Shown in pieces: positions 24,616-37,700 of a stretch of 49,508 nt of DNA (its first letter is position 1; the number at the start of each line of letters is the position of its first letter). The translations under genes and the position numbers were made by a program. Source of the DNA: Octopus bimaculoides (lineage: Eukaryota); NCBI RefSeq assembly GCF_001194135.2, contig NC_068981.1:191830818-191880325 (forward strand), given 5' to 3'. Below the pieces are notes generated by a model. It was given only the letters and a program-made list of their open reading frames with translations. It was not told where the DNA came from and did no database searches.

Positions 24616-27600
24616 CCTCTCTCTTCCTCTCTCTCCCTCTCTCTCCATGCAACCATAGGAAAAGACATAAAATGATTGCAAGAATACATCAGTGAAGGCT
24701 TTAGTTCAATCCCTCTATATTCCTATCATCTCTGACTTTTCTCCTTTGAGTCAAAGAACTGGGTTCAATGTATTCAACAGAAAGATGATGTCCCAGCATG
24801 GTTGTAGTCCAATGATTGAAACCATAAAAGGATTTTTATCTTTTTAACCTATATCTAATTCTTTTTTATTTTATTTTAATGAACTATAAACTATAAGTAT
24901 ACAAATAAGTTTTGTTATCCATTTAGCAATGACCTTTAAAGGAAGAAACATAAAGAAATTTCACAAGAAGCTTCTCAAGCTTCTAGTAAATATGTAAGGT
25001 TTCACTAAATATCTGAGAGTTGGCGGGGATAGCAATTATGCTGATCCAGTCAGATTTTATTTAAAAACAAAATCAATGCATTTCTATTAGTTTCCTTCAT
25101 CAGACACAGTATCTCAGTTCCACTACCATCCTCTGTAATTCTAGTCAATAGAGAATTCATAGTGTTTATCTTCCATTAGATCTGATCACATAATTTTGAC
25201 CTCATTATTTCAGATTTTAGTTACAATTCTAAAGTTTCACCTATTAACTTATTTTCTAAGATTGCATTAAACTGGTTTTCTGTTTCCATTGGAAATTGTG
25301 GTGCTTAATGCTGAGTAGTCTGGTGATCAATTTAAGACATCTCCTATTTCACAGGATATTTGGTGCAAGATATACTAGTCAGTCATAGAAATACTTCTTC
25401 TAAAACCTTAGTTTTCCAAACTGTTGATAGTTTGTTGACTTCCTTAACATTAATGTGAATAACAGTGAAAATATCAGTAGAAGGTTTCTTTTCAAAATTT
25501 TGGATTTTTTAAATGTCTTGATCTGAGACTGTGTTGAAACTGAAGCAACTACATCAGAAAAGAGCCATTTAATAGCACACAACTGTGACCAAGTCACTGA
25601 CACAGTTCAATATAGAACTATGAAATAAAGTTAGATTTCAAATTAATTTAACAGTTTTGTGTGTTATTAAATGGTTCTTCCATGACGTATTTGCTTTTAA
25701 AAATAAGATATTGTTATATCCTCATCACCATCACTATCATGTTTGCTTTCCATGCTGGTATGAGTTTAATGGGTTGCTGTAGTCCAAGTCTGTTCATTAT
25801 TTAGGATTACTACCCTCATAACAGGTTGTCTCATTTGTGCTTTTTTAAAATTCTTATCATGGTTTCTATGGTAGGATGCCCTTCTTTACACCAACCAATT
25901 TACAGAATATATTTGGATACATTATCATTATTAGTGTCAGCATTAGTGAGGTTGCCTTGTATCCTGCAAAACAAACAAGGTCACCACTACATTACATTGT
26001 TTTTCTTTGTTCAGGATAATGTCGCCAGTAAAATGAGGTATGAATTTAACAAGTTTCAGTTATACTCCTGTAATTATATTTTGGTCAGAAATCTATTCCA
26101 AACAAAGGTTTCCCATGAAATTTCTTTCTGAAGAAAATATCAGATTAAACATGATATCGTTGAATATATTTTGTTATCTACAGTCTTGTGAAACAGAAAT
26201 TCCTAAACATATGGACTCTTTAGTTTTCTAAGATAATGGTTAAACTTCTACACATTCAAATCACCATTATTAAAGTTATTTAAAAGACAAGACAAGACAC
26301 TTTCTTCTTATCAGACACAATTTTATGTATCAAATCAAATGTAATGTGGTATAGGTACAGGCATAGTTGTGTAGGTGAGAAGTTTGCTTTCCAACCACAT
26401 GGTTTCAGGTTCAGTCCTACTGTGTGGCTCCTTGGACCAACCAAAGCCATGTGAGTAGATCTGGTAGATGGAAACTGAAAGAAGCACATTATGTGTGTGT
26501 GTTTGTGTGTACCCTTGTCTTGACTTTTTGCGATAGTCGTAAATAAGTGTCACTGTCATACAAACACTGTTGGTCATTTTTGATATTCTGTGAAAACGTG
26601 GAGCCATGGGTAAAAGTTACCTTGCTTGGAAACAGATAAGGATTAGTAATAGGATGGGCATCCAGCCATAAGATAATCTATCTCATAAACTCTGTCCTTC
26701 CCTGCAAGAAGGAAAAATGGATATTAACTTGATAATGAATGTATGCCACCAAGTCTCTAAAGATGCTCAACAATTCAGAAATAATGTAAAATACAGGAAA
26801 CAAATATTTTTTTTATAGCAGTTTAAATGTATTTATTTCCTTATATATCATTTATTGTGTTTCTTCTTTTGATCTAAGAGTACTATTTGTTTTATAGTTA
26901 ATAGTTAAAATCCTCCAGTAATCATGCTGGAATGACTAAATTTGATTCTCCAAGGTGATCTTTAGACAAAATTAACAGGTGTCCAATAGAAATCCATATG
27001 TTGCAATGCTAACCTCTACAAATTGAGCTATTAGTTAATCCTAATTGAATACACCAGCATATAGATATCTGATCAATGACTCCTTTAATGACATATCATC
27101 ATGTCTGTTTCATTCTATCCCTGCATGGATTGGCAACATCTTCACCAGCCTAGTATCTCATTACTTGTCATAGATCAGCTTTCACCATCTTTTACCATAT
27201 CTTTCTTGGTTTTCCTCTTCCCATTTGGATTGTTTGGCACTTCTTTACCCATCTGTCATCCCCACATATATGACCTGTTCTATATCTATGCAATCTTCTC
27301 TCCTGTATACACCTGGCTCCTTTTATACCTTGTTTTTCTCTCAGCTCACCTGGCCGTGTTATTCATACACATTAACATCATATATCTGCTGGAACAGACT
27401 TGCTTAATTTCTTTCCTACCTTCACACATTCAATGCCCATATTTAGCTCCTGTGCAACACTGCACAACACACACCACACCATACCATACTATATAATGTG
27501 CTCTGCATTTTGGAAAACAGTTCCTTTATTGTCAATAGAAGTGATAGTTTCCAAAACATTTTTCATCCATCTTACTCTGGTTGCTATGCTTTCAGAACAC

Positions 27601-28686
27601 CCTCTTCCGTTGCTAATTAAGTCCCTTAGGTAACAGAAATATCAGCTTCTTCTAAAGAGCCTTCTGAGTACTTGAAAGAATTTATGTAATCGATGCTGTT
27701 AATATAATTATTGCAATGGACCTGCAGCATACATAATCTTCCTCCACCTTGTCTGTGATCCCACTACACCAAACATACCCTGTACATTATTTCCACAGTT
27801 CTTGAGGTTTAGAAGAGCTCTGTATAATGCGTTGATTTTAAAGCTCTTCCACTTCTTCTCTAACTGAAAACATCTGGCGAGTGAAACAGATTTCACTTAG
27901 AGAACTCTAGGTTTGTGTTTAGCAGATTTTCAGAGCAGTGTTTTATTTCTTTGTATGTTGTTTTGATCACTCAGATCTATGACTATGGTGTCTAGCTATG
28001 ACCATTTTTATGTCATGCTTATTGTTGGACAGTATCCAGGACAATATTATCCAATGTGTCCTTCACTTCTTGATAAGATGAGATGAGAGGAATTTTGCTG
28101 CTATTTCTAGCATGTTGATCAAACATGTAATGACTCCTTCATTGGCTAGTATATTGTTGCTGTTGTTTAGAGCCAGGTGAACCTTGTTTAGACAGACATG
28201 TTAAAGATATTCCAGCCTTGACCATCTCTCTTTTTTTTTTTCTTTGGCATATCAATATCTGTGTCTTTTCCTTTTTTAAGGCAGTGTGATTTGAGGGACA
28301 TTTGATCAGTGTTTTTTAGCAGGTTGATTAAGCGTGTGGAAGCACCATGTGTAATGTGTGGTGGTGAAATTCCAAAAGAAAAAACTGTATATCATGAGGT
28401 ATGTTTGTTAGGTGGAGGTATAGATAACACGTAGAGAAAAACAGAATTTTTGTTATGGTAACAGTATAAATTAGCTGTCACAGCGTTTATAGAGACACAG
28501 GTAATTAAGATTCATTTTCTTTTGCAGCAAGCTTACATACATTATTATTTTTTTTTATATCTTAAGATTGTATTTCAATGTAAATAATTATTTTTTCAGT
28601 TATTTGCATTCCAGTTGTTAAGAGGATTGGCATATTGTCACAAGAGGCAGATTTTACACAGGTATGGTGATACATTTTTGTTAGCC

Positions 28687-28727
<41 letters not shown>

Positions 28728-31700
28728 GTTAGTGTGCTTTTTACATGGCACGTAAAAAGCACCATTTGAGTGTGGCCAATGCTAGTGCTGCCTGAGGGGC
28801 TCCCATTCCAGTGATACGTAAAAAGCACCCGCTAAACTCTCAGAATGGTTGGAGATCTTTTCACTTTCATCGGCAGATCAAGAAATTAAGTTTTTGTAAC
28901 TAAACACTTTCAAACTTTGGACGCTGGTAGAATGTGTCATATAAAACATCTTTTATTCTTAGCGTTGTTGAGAAAAATTTCTATTTACGAAGTTATTTCG
29001 TGTTAAAGTTGTTGTATTTTGGTAATTTCATCCAATCAATGACGTGTATTCAGGTGAATAAAATTACTGCTGTTGTTTGTCAACAACTATCGGCAGTGTA
29101 TATTTCGTTTGACACTGTTATTTATGACATTGTTTGTGCGTTTGTACTGGTTTTAGCTTTAGGGTTTTAGGGTTAGGGGAAAAAGTGAAAAATGAAGAAA
29201 TTGGAGGGGGGAGGAATAAAGGGGCCAAAAAATTTCAAAATTCCGATTTTTGGCAAATTTCCATCTCCGTATCCAAAAAAGCTGGGTTTTTGGCAAAAAA
29301 AAAAATTGCGAGAAAATAGGGGTGGGGATGAGAGGAAGTATTTTCCGAAAAACAGGAAAAAAAACCTAAGATGCAGTAGAAATGCACGAACGATTATGGT
29401 GGTGTCATGAAGTAAACGTGCTTCAGATACACTCGTTTATTCATACGAACATAACTGAGATGAAATATGTCCTGACTAAAAGAACTTCTGAGTTGCCTTG
29501 CATTATGGATAAATTGAATTGTATCAGTAACTTTGAAGACTTACATTTAGTGTTTGACTAATCAATTGTAAACCAAAAGCTTCTTCATTAATAATTCCCA
29601 CTTGTTTTAATTTTAGAGACTTAAAGCCTCAGAATCTCTTGATTAGTGATGAAGGGGAACTTAAGCTTGCAGATTTTGGTAAGTATTCGAGTTGAAAATA
29701 ATTTTGATATTCTATCTATTTAGTTGTATGATTTTGAGGTAAATGTTATACTGATGTCAGTTATTGCTAAATGTTACATAATTATGCTGCAGCTTCCTTC
29801 CTCCATCTTTCCCAGTCTTCGACTGACCTCATATTTCCATTATTTTCTTCTTTGTCCATTCCTTGTTGTTATTCAACTGTCAACCACAACTAACAACACG
29901 ATTAGATGAGATTTGTTTCATATACTATATAGGAAAGCAGTGCAAAACATACACTGGTATTGCAAATAGCCACCCAACTGAATAAAAGTCCATTATCTGT
30001 GTGTGTGTGTGTGTTCTACCCTACTGCTTGGTAACTGGTGTTGGATTGTTTATGTCGTTGTATCTTAGCAGTTCATCAAACGAGACCAATAGAATTAGTA
30101 CGCGGCTTGAAAAAAAAAAAAGTACTAGGGTTGATTTGTTTGACTAAAAAATCTTCAAGATGGTGCCCCAGCATGGTCACAGTTCAATGACTGAGACAAG
30201 TGAAAGATATATGTGACAGAAGCAGTATCAAATTAAAATAGCCATCTTAAATACCCTTCTTAAATACATTGTTGAAAAGCAGATTTGCTGTGGTAGTCTT
30301 CCAGAGATAACATCTATTATGGATGGACTGTGTTTAAAAATAATATATTATCATGGGGAGACAATACATATGAGACATTTTGACAAATGAGAGAACTGAA
30401 CTATAATTTCTTTATTTGTATTAAATTTCAGCCCATCTTGTTTAAACGTTACAATATGGCTTGGGTGCTAATTAAGAGACTTGACCAAAATAATTTTTAT
30501 TTCCAAACAAATCTCTTTTCCTACCTCAAACAATGTACACTCTTGTACTTAGTGTTTCTTTCATCATTGTACTTTGGTATGTTTGGTGAGAGTCTTTGGG
30601 TGAGGAAATCATTTTGAAACTTAAATATGTTTGTTTTTTGTTTTGTTTTTTGCATTTGCTGAAAGTGAGGAAGGGGTAGACCCCATGAGACAGGTGAGCT
30701 TGATGTTTCATTTAGATTATTGCAAGTCACTGTTTAAAGGAAAGACATGAGCAGGGAAAAGATTCCAGTGGGTCAGTGTTCTGGGGAGGAAGGACTGGGA
30801 TTGTGGTTAGTGCAGGGTGAGGGTTAGAGGTGAATGGAACAAGGGTGACTAGAAGTGAGAAGATGAGTGAATTATGGTACCCAAGTGATGGAGGTACAAG
30901 AGGAACCGGCTCCAAGGAATTGTATCTTGTATTTGCTGAGAATATAAAAATGATATCAATCATTGACTAATACTATTTTCTCCCTCTCTGTAATTTTTTT
31001 TTTTTTTTTATGGACCCTGCTTTAAATATGTTAACACTAACTGTTGCTTTTCAAGTTAATGGCATTTCTGAATTTGTAAATTTCTTATTAGAATTTGACC
31101 CAAGTTATTTTCAATTTGACCCTGGTTCTAGTCAAGAGGTTGGCTCACATTAAGTTATTACATAACAAATACCAATAAACTGAAAAACAGAATTTATGAT
31201 TGGTAGATTGAACAGAGACAATGCTGGAAGTTGAGAGGATCATTTAGTGTTGCTAAGGTCCTGACAATGTCTCTAGTGTTGACACCATGATAAAACTCAC
31301 CCCATACACTATGTAAAGTTGTTGGTGTTAGGATGGGCGTTTAACCATAAAGACTATATCTAAGTATGTGAGTGAGACGTGGTCTTCTAACCTGTCTAGG
31401 TGAGCAGTAATTCTGAATAAGAACCACCTCCAACCTAGGTCCACATAGAAAATGGGCATAAAAGAAATGATCTTATTACCTACACCTTTGTTAAGGCTGA
31501 GGTATTGTTTTCAGTCGTGTTTGTTTGTTTGTTTGTTGGGATCGATCCAGTTCCGGACAAGGATTCTGGGTTATTTGTTATGTTTACTTTACATGATTAC
31601 GATCTTGTGTTGACTTTCAAGTCTTTCTCAATTATCTCCCTTTAGGCTGTTTCCAAAGTTTTATTTTGGTTTCTCTATTATTAATTTTACTCGCGTCTCT

Positions 31701-34700
31701 ATCTTAGTAGAAACTGATGGATAAAGAAATCAAACTTAATTAAATAATGCTAACATATTTTTATAATATATATATTACATATTATACATACATAATCTAT
31801 ACATCGATCTAAAACAACAGGAGTACTAAAGGAAGGCCGGAATTTAAGAGAAGAGAAAACCAAAAGGTCTCATGCTATTCATTTAAAAATTCCTGAGTAC
31901 AACTTACTACTATTACCTCCGCCTTTGATACTATTTTGAATGGTGAATTTGTTAACTTTGGCTTGTATTAGATAAGGATAAACTATTATTGTTACCAAAT
32001 TTTCTACAGTTACCTTCACATTCCATGACTACCGTTGGGATTGATCAGATACCAGACAAGGATTCTGGATTATTTTTCCGATTTTTTAACTTAGTTTTTG
32101 AGAGCAGTTGGGTTTATTTTTAGTATTGTTGTTTGTGAGAGCAGTCTAGTTTATTTCAAATATTCTCATTTAAAAAATTATTTCTGGCTAATCGTTGAGA
32201 TGCTCTTGTTCCTATTATATTTAGTTTCAGATCTTTATCAACTTAACACATTATTTTCATCACATTCTTTCAGTTTATGCCTGTGACTTTTTAAAAAACT
32301 CCCTTGGAGTATAGAACAGTACAAAGAAAGAAAATATATTGGTTCTTTTGTTTTGTCTTACTCTTAGGTTTAGCCCGGGCCAAGTCTGTTCCTAGTCGAA
32401 CATATTCCCATGAGGTTGTCACTCTTTGGTATCGGCCGCCGGATGTACTGCTTGGATCAACAGAATATTCCACATCCTTGGACATGTGGTAAGTATAAGG
32501 TTAAAGCCATCAATAACCATAGCATATATTAGAAAATATCACTTTATTTTACCATCATTTCTTTGGTTAACTGCAATGTTGTTATTGCACATATCACATT
32601 TAATCTATATCTTAACTCAATTTAAGCAACCATATGTGGATTAGCTAATAATAATGATATTAGATGCTTTCCATTACATTTATTAATTTATGTTGCTCAT
32701 CAATAATGAGAGTGATTGGAACATGAAATGGTAAACACTATGGAGCTTGAATGTCAGAAACATGTAACTTGTTTAACTTTTTGTTACTTGCTTTTTTTTT
32801 TTCCATTTTATCAAAATAAACGAATTTGGAACCACAGCATTCTCTGCTTCAAGATCACTGAGATTGAATACTTCTGTCTTTTCAGGGGAGTCGGTTGTAT
32901 ATTTACAGAGATGATATCTGGTGTTGCCACATTTCCAGGGATGAAAGATACATACGACCAATTGGATAAGATCTTTAGAGTAAGACATTGCATTGCATCG
33001 GTTTTCTTTGTTCATATAGGAAGCAGCAGTAAACATCAGGCCCATTTAAGTACTTTGTAGCATTCAGTTTATATATTGAGTTCAAAATATGTGTGAAACC
33101 CTGTTTTTCTTACCCCTGCCAGCATGGACAACAGATGTTAAATGATGATGCCGATAACTTGTGGATTACATAAAGTAAAATACCAATCAAGTATTGAACA
33201 GTACTTCTTTTCTGAAAGTTAGCTGACATATGTCAAATTCAGAAACAACTCTTTGCTTCAAATATCAAACAGTGGTGTGGTGTGGTAGGCCCTTAAATCA
33301 TGTTGGAGTTGTAGGGTACCATCAAAACAAATCTGGTGGCACTCCTGCTTTCCAGGTTTGAACAAAGCTGATCTCTTCCAGACTGAGAGAGAAGACTTAA
33401 CACTAAGTTGATATGGGTGACATTTGATTTCAGAGTGGCAGAGAGCTGAAACAAATACTGCAGGAAATTCTGTCCTTATATCCTAACGACTAAACCAGAT
33501 CACTGATTGACTACATGAATTCTAGTTTAAGTTCATTGTTCTAAAATTTCAACTATTTGGTCGAAATAAATTCGTAAAACTTTATTTGAAATTCTGACCT
33601 CCCAAATCCTCTAAGTGTGAGGGCATGTAGTCTAGTGGTTAGTGTGTTGCACTCAGGATCACAAGATTGCGGTTTCAATTCCCAGACTGAGTGGTGCATT
33701 GTGTTCTTGAGCAAAACACTTCATTTCATGTTGTTGCTGTTCACTCAACTGTAAATGAGTAACCCTGCAATAATCTGTAATCGTATTCATGGGAAATGTG
33801 ATCCCAGCCACTCATACACCAATGGAAACAGAGTAACTGGCCTCAGTTATACCAAAACTTTTTTTCCAATCTCCACCCGAACTGGTAAGATACTATAATA
33901 GGGGAACTAATCCATGGTAGACAACTCTACTGTAATTAATAAAACTAAGAAACCAATTTGACTCATTTTCTCTTCATTTCAATCTCACTTTAAAAAGCAT
34001 AACTCCTAAACACACCACAGAGCAAATGTTTTGATTCTGTACAAGAATAGGTTTTTATCATAAATTAACTATAGCCAAAACTCAGTCCTGGTAGAGTAAA
34101 CTTATGATCAACGGCATACCAACCATGCATGAGTGGCTGTGTGGTAAGTAGCTTGCTTACCAGTCACATAGTTCCCGGTTCAGTCCCACTGCGTGGCACC
34201 TTGGGCAAGTGTCTTCTACTATAGCTTCAGATCAACCAAAGCCTTGTGAGTGGATTTGGTAGACGGAAACTGAAAGAAGCCCGTTGTACATATATATGTG
34301 TTTGTCCCCCACCATCGCTTGACAACCGATGGTGGCGTCTGTACGTCCCTGTAACTTAGCGGTTCAGCAAAAGAGTCAGATAAAATAAGTATTAGGCTTA
34401 CAAAAAATAAGTTCTCGGGTCGATTTGTTCAAGTAAAGGTGGTGCTCCAGCATGGCCGCAGTCAAATGACTGAAACATAAAAGAATACCTATTTGTAGGT
34501 CAGGGTCAACAGTGTATCCCTCTAATCATATTAATGGGGATACTTAAAACGTTGATAGGTTGCTGTCTTTCACAGGTTGAATGACCATGAAGTTATGCAT
34601 TGCATCAGCATGAAGAGATAAATAACAGACAATGGTCACTTTTACTGTTTGTGGAAGTTTCATTGGGAAATTATTATTAATAATAATAATGGTTTCAAAT

Positions 34701-37700
34701 TTTGGCACAAGGCTAGCAATTTCAGGAGGGTGAAGAAGTTGATTAGATCAAACTCCAGTACTCAAGTGGTACTTATTCTATTGACCCCAAAAGGATGACC
34801 TTGGCAGAATTTGAACTCGGAATGTAAAGACAGATGAAATGTCGCCAGGCATTTTTGCCTGGTGTGCTGACACTTTTGCCAGCTTACTGCCTTAATACAC
34901 TATCACTATTAATAATAATAGTGACAATTCGCATTAATGGATTAGTGTTGTCTGTCAGAGCAAGAACAACAATTATTTGGTGTTTGAGGTTTACAACAAC
35001 TGAGTCACAGTCTGCTACTCTGGGTACAGCTTGTTCTTTAGTGTTTTTGTTTGTTTCATTGCTTTGTATTATCAGCATGAATTTTGTGTGTCTTTATAAA
35101 CTATAACACATTTATCTAATTCTAATTTCACATCTTATGTGTTTTTAGGGAATATAGGAAATTTCATTTCTTTTAATTTCAGCTCTTAGGTACCCCAAAT
35201 GAGGAATCCTGGGAATCAGTAACGAGTTTACCTAATTATGATATAAGTATGTTGATTATTAATTACCAAAATTTTGGATGTTACTTTTGATTTTGTTGAT
35301 GACTACTTTTTAACCCTTTAGTGTTCATATTACTCTCTCAAATGTAATGCTTATTTATTCACATTATGAACTTATCTTGAGACTTCAATATTTTGATGAT
35401 GTGAGAATTTATTTTTAGAATGACGTTGTAGGGTTGGTGTGAGAGGCTTGATCAGGCCAGTTTGAACATAAAACAAGTAGAATATATTGGCTGGATATGA
35501 CCGGTTTAAATGCTAAAGCATTAATAACTTGTTAATATTTTTCATCTCATAAATTAGAAAAATGAAGAATGCAATATTTTCCATATTGTTTATAGTTCAT
35601 TCTGATGATAGTTTTGCTCTGTCTCTATTACTGTTAAACAATAGTTGATGTGTGCCATCTTACTACCCAATTAGGACTTGAAAGCATTTATATATTTAAT
35701 TCCCTAAACATTTTCCATCTGACAATAGCTATTTGCCTTTATCCTTCTCTTCCCAATACAATATTCAACATGGTTCTAAATCTGTGTAAGGATCTTTTAG
35801 CCCTCCTATGTTCACCTGTATCATATAAAACAGACATCCAATCTATACTATTCTCATTTCTTCTCTTGTATTTTTTCACCTTCGTATATGTTATGCCTGT
35901 TGTTACTTTATAAATCATATATTCATTTTGTTTGATATAGTTTCCTTCTTAAATTTTTGACTTCATTTTCTTTTTGTCTTCAACAGCTAAATTCAATATG
36001 TACAGCCCCCAGCCACTTATTCCTTGTATCTCCAAACTTGGTTGTATACCAAATGCAGCTGAATTGTCAACAAGCCTTCTACAAGTAAAATCATTATTTT
36101 TTTATTTTATATTTTAATGTTTGAAACATATTTCAAAATCTAATGATGTTATCCCAAATAAAATAGCAGAGCAAACTTTATAATCCTTTGAGATTATGCA
36201 GTCTGCTTTGCTGTCACATGGTTATAAATTTGATCCCCATTGCACAGCACCTTGGTCTTCTACTATACCTGCTGGTTGACCAATGCCAGTCATGAGGTCA
36301 AACATCCCTGAAAGTTTCATCCGAATCCATCCAGCGGTTCTTGAGATATCTTGTCCACGGATAAACAAACAAACACAACTGAAAACAATACCTCAGCCTT
36401 AACAAAGGTGTAGGTAATAAGATCATTTCTTTTATGCCCATTTTCTATGTGGACCTAGGTTGGAGGTGGTTCTTATTTAGAATTGCTGCTCACCTAGACA
36501 GGTTAGAAGACCATGTCTCACTCACATACTTAGTGGAATGTATCAATGAAATCCCTGCAGCAACCTGTCTGTCTAAATGTGGAGAGTTGTGCCCCTTTAT
36601 ATATATATATGTGTGTGTATATATATTTATATATATATATATATACATATATAAAACATAACCTAGTAATTTGATGAATAGGTGTCGAAGTATCAAACTG
36701 AAATTAAGTACCGGGTTGACATGATTGACTGAAACTCTTGAAGGTGGTGCCCCAGTATGGCCACCACCCAAAAGTAACTGAAGCTATTAAAAACATAGGA
36801 TAAGTTTTAGAAGCAGTAGTTTATTTTGTTGTATTAACAATAACTTAGACTATATTGAAATATTTTCACCAGTTTATTTCTTTTCCAGATGGAACCTTCC
36901 AAACGAATAAGCGCCTCCAACGCAATGAAACACGAATATTTTTGGGATCTCCCACCAAAGATTCATCAATTACCAGATGGTAAAGTATTATCTCTTTTGT
37001 TGAAATCATTGGAAGGATGATAATATTATGCTAAGGCTGCAAGCTGGCAGAACCATTAGCATGCTGGGTAAAATGTTTAGTGGCATTTCTGCCATGGTTA
37101 ACTTTGCCGTTCATCCTCTTGGAGTCGATAAAATAAGGAGTACTGGGGTCGATGGGATCAATTTAACCCCTTCCCAAAATCGCTAGTTTTATGCCAAAAT
37201 TTGAAATTAATATTATTATTATTAATATTGAGTTCCAATTCCGCTAAGGTTGACTTTCATTCTTTTTGTGTCAATGAGATAAGTACCAGTTGTATGCTGG
37301 GATCAATGTAATTGATTTACCCCCATTCCAGAACCCCTGCTGGCCATGGGCCAAAATTTGAAACTAATATTATTATTGTCAGTTGAGCTGGCAGAATTAG
37401 CCAATGTGTCAAACAAAATGCTTAGCGGCATTTCTTTCAGTTCTTAACAATTTTAATGTACAAATAATACTGCCAAGGTAAACTTTGTGTTTCCTCCTTT
37501 CCAGCTCAATAAAGATAAAGTACCAGTCTAGTACTGGGGTCATTGAAATCAACTTCCCCCACCTCAAAATTGTTGGTTTTGCACTAAAATTTGAAGCAAT
37601 TATTATTACTAAGGCAACAAATTGGCAGAACTGTTAAGGCATTGGACAAACTATTTATTGGCATTTCTTCTGGCTCATTATGTTTGCCTTTCATCTCTAT

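Noticed and set aside
30727-30963. - strand ORF faintly resembling the end of a LINE endonuclease (D.....N..Y....PSLGYH)
   Set aside because: The catalytic SDH motif is not conserved; too weak to call without a profile search.
33616-33690. tRNA-like sequences at SINE heads as real tRNA genes
   Set aside because: No complete cloverleaf or anticodon arm; followed by SINE body sequence.
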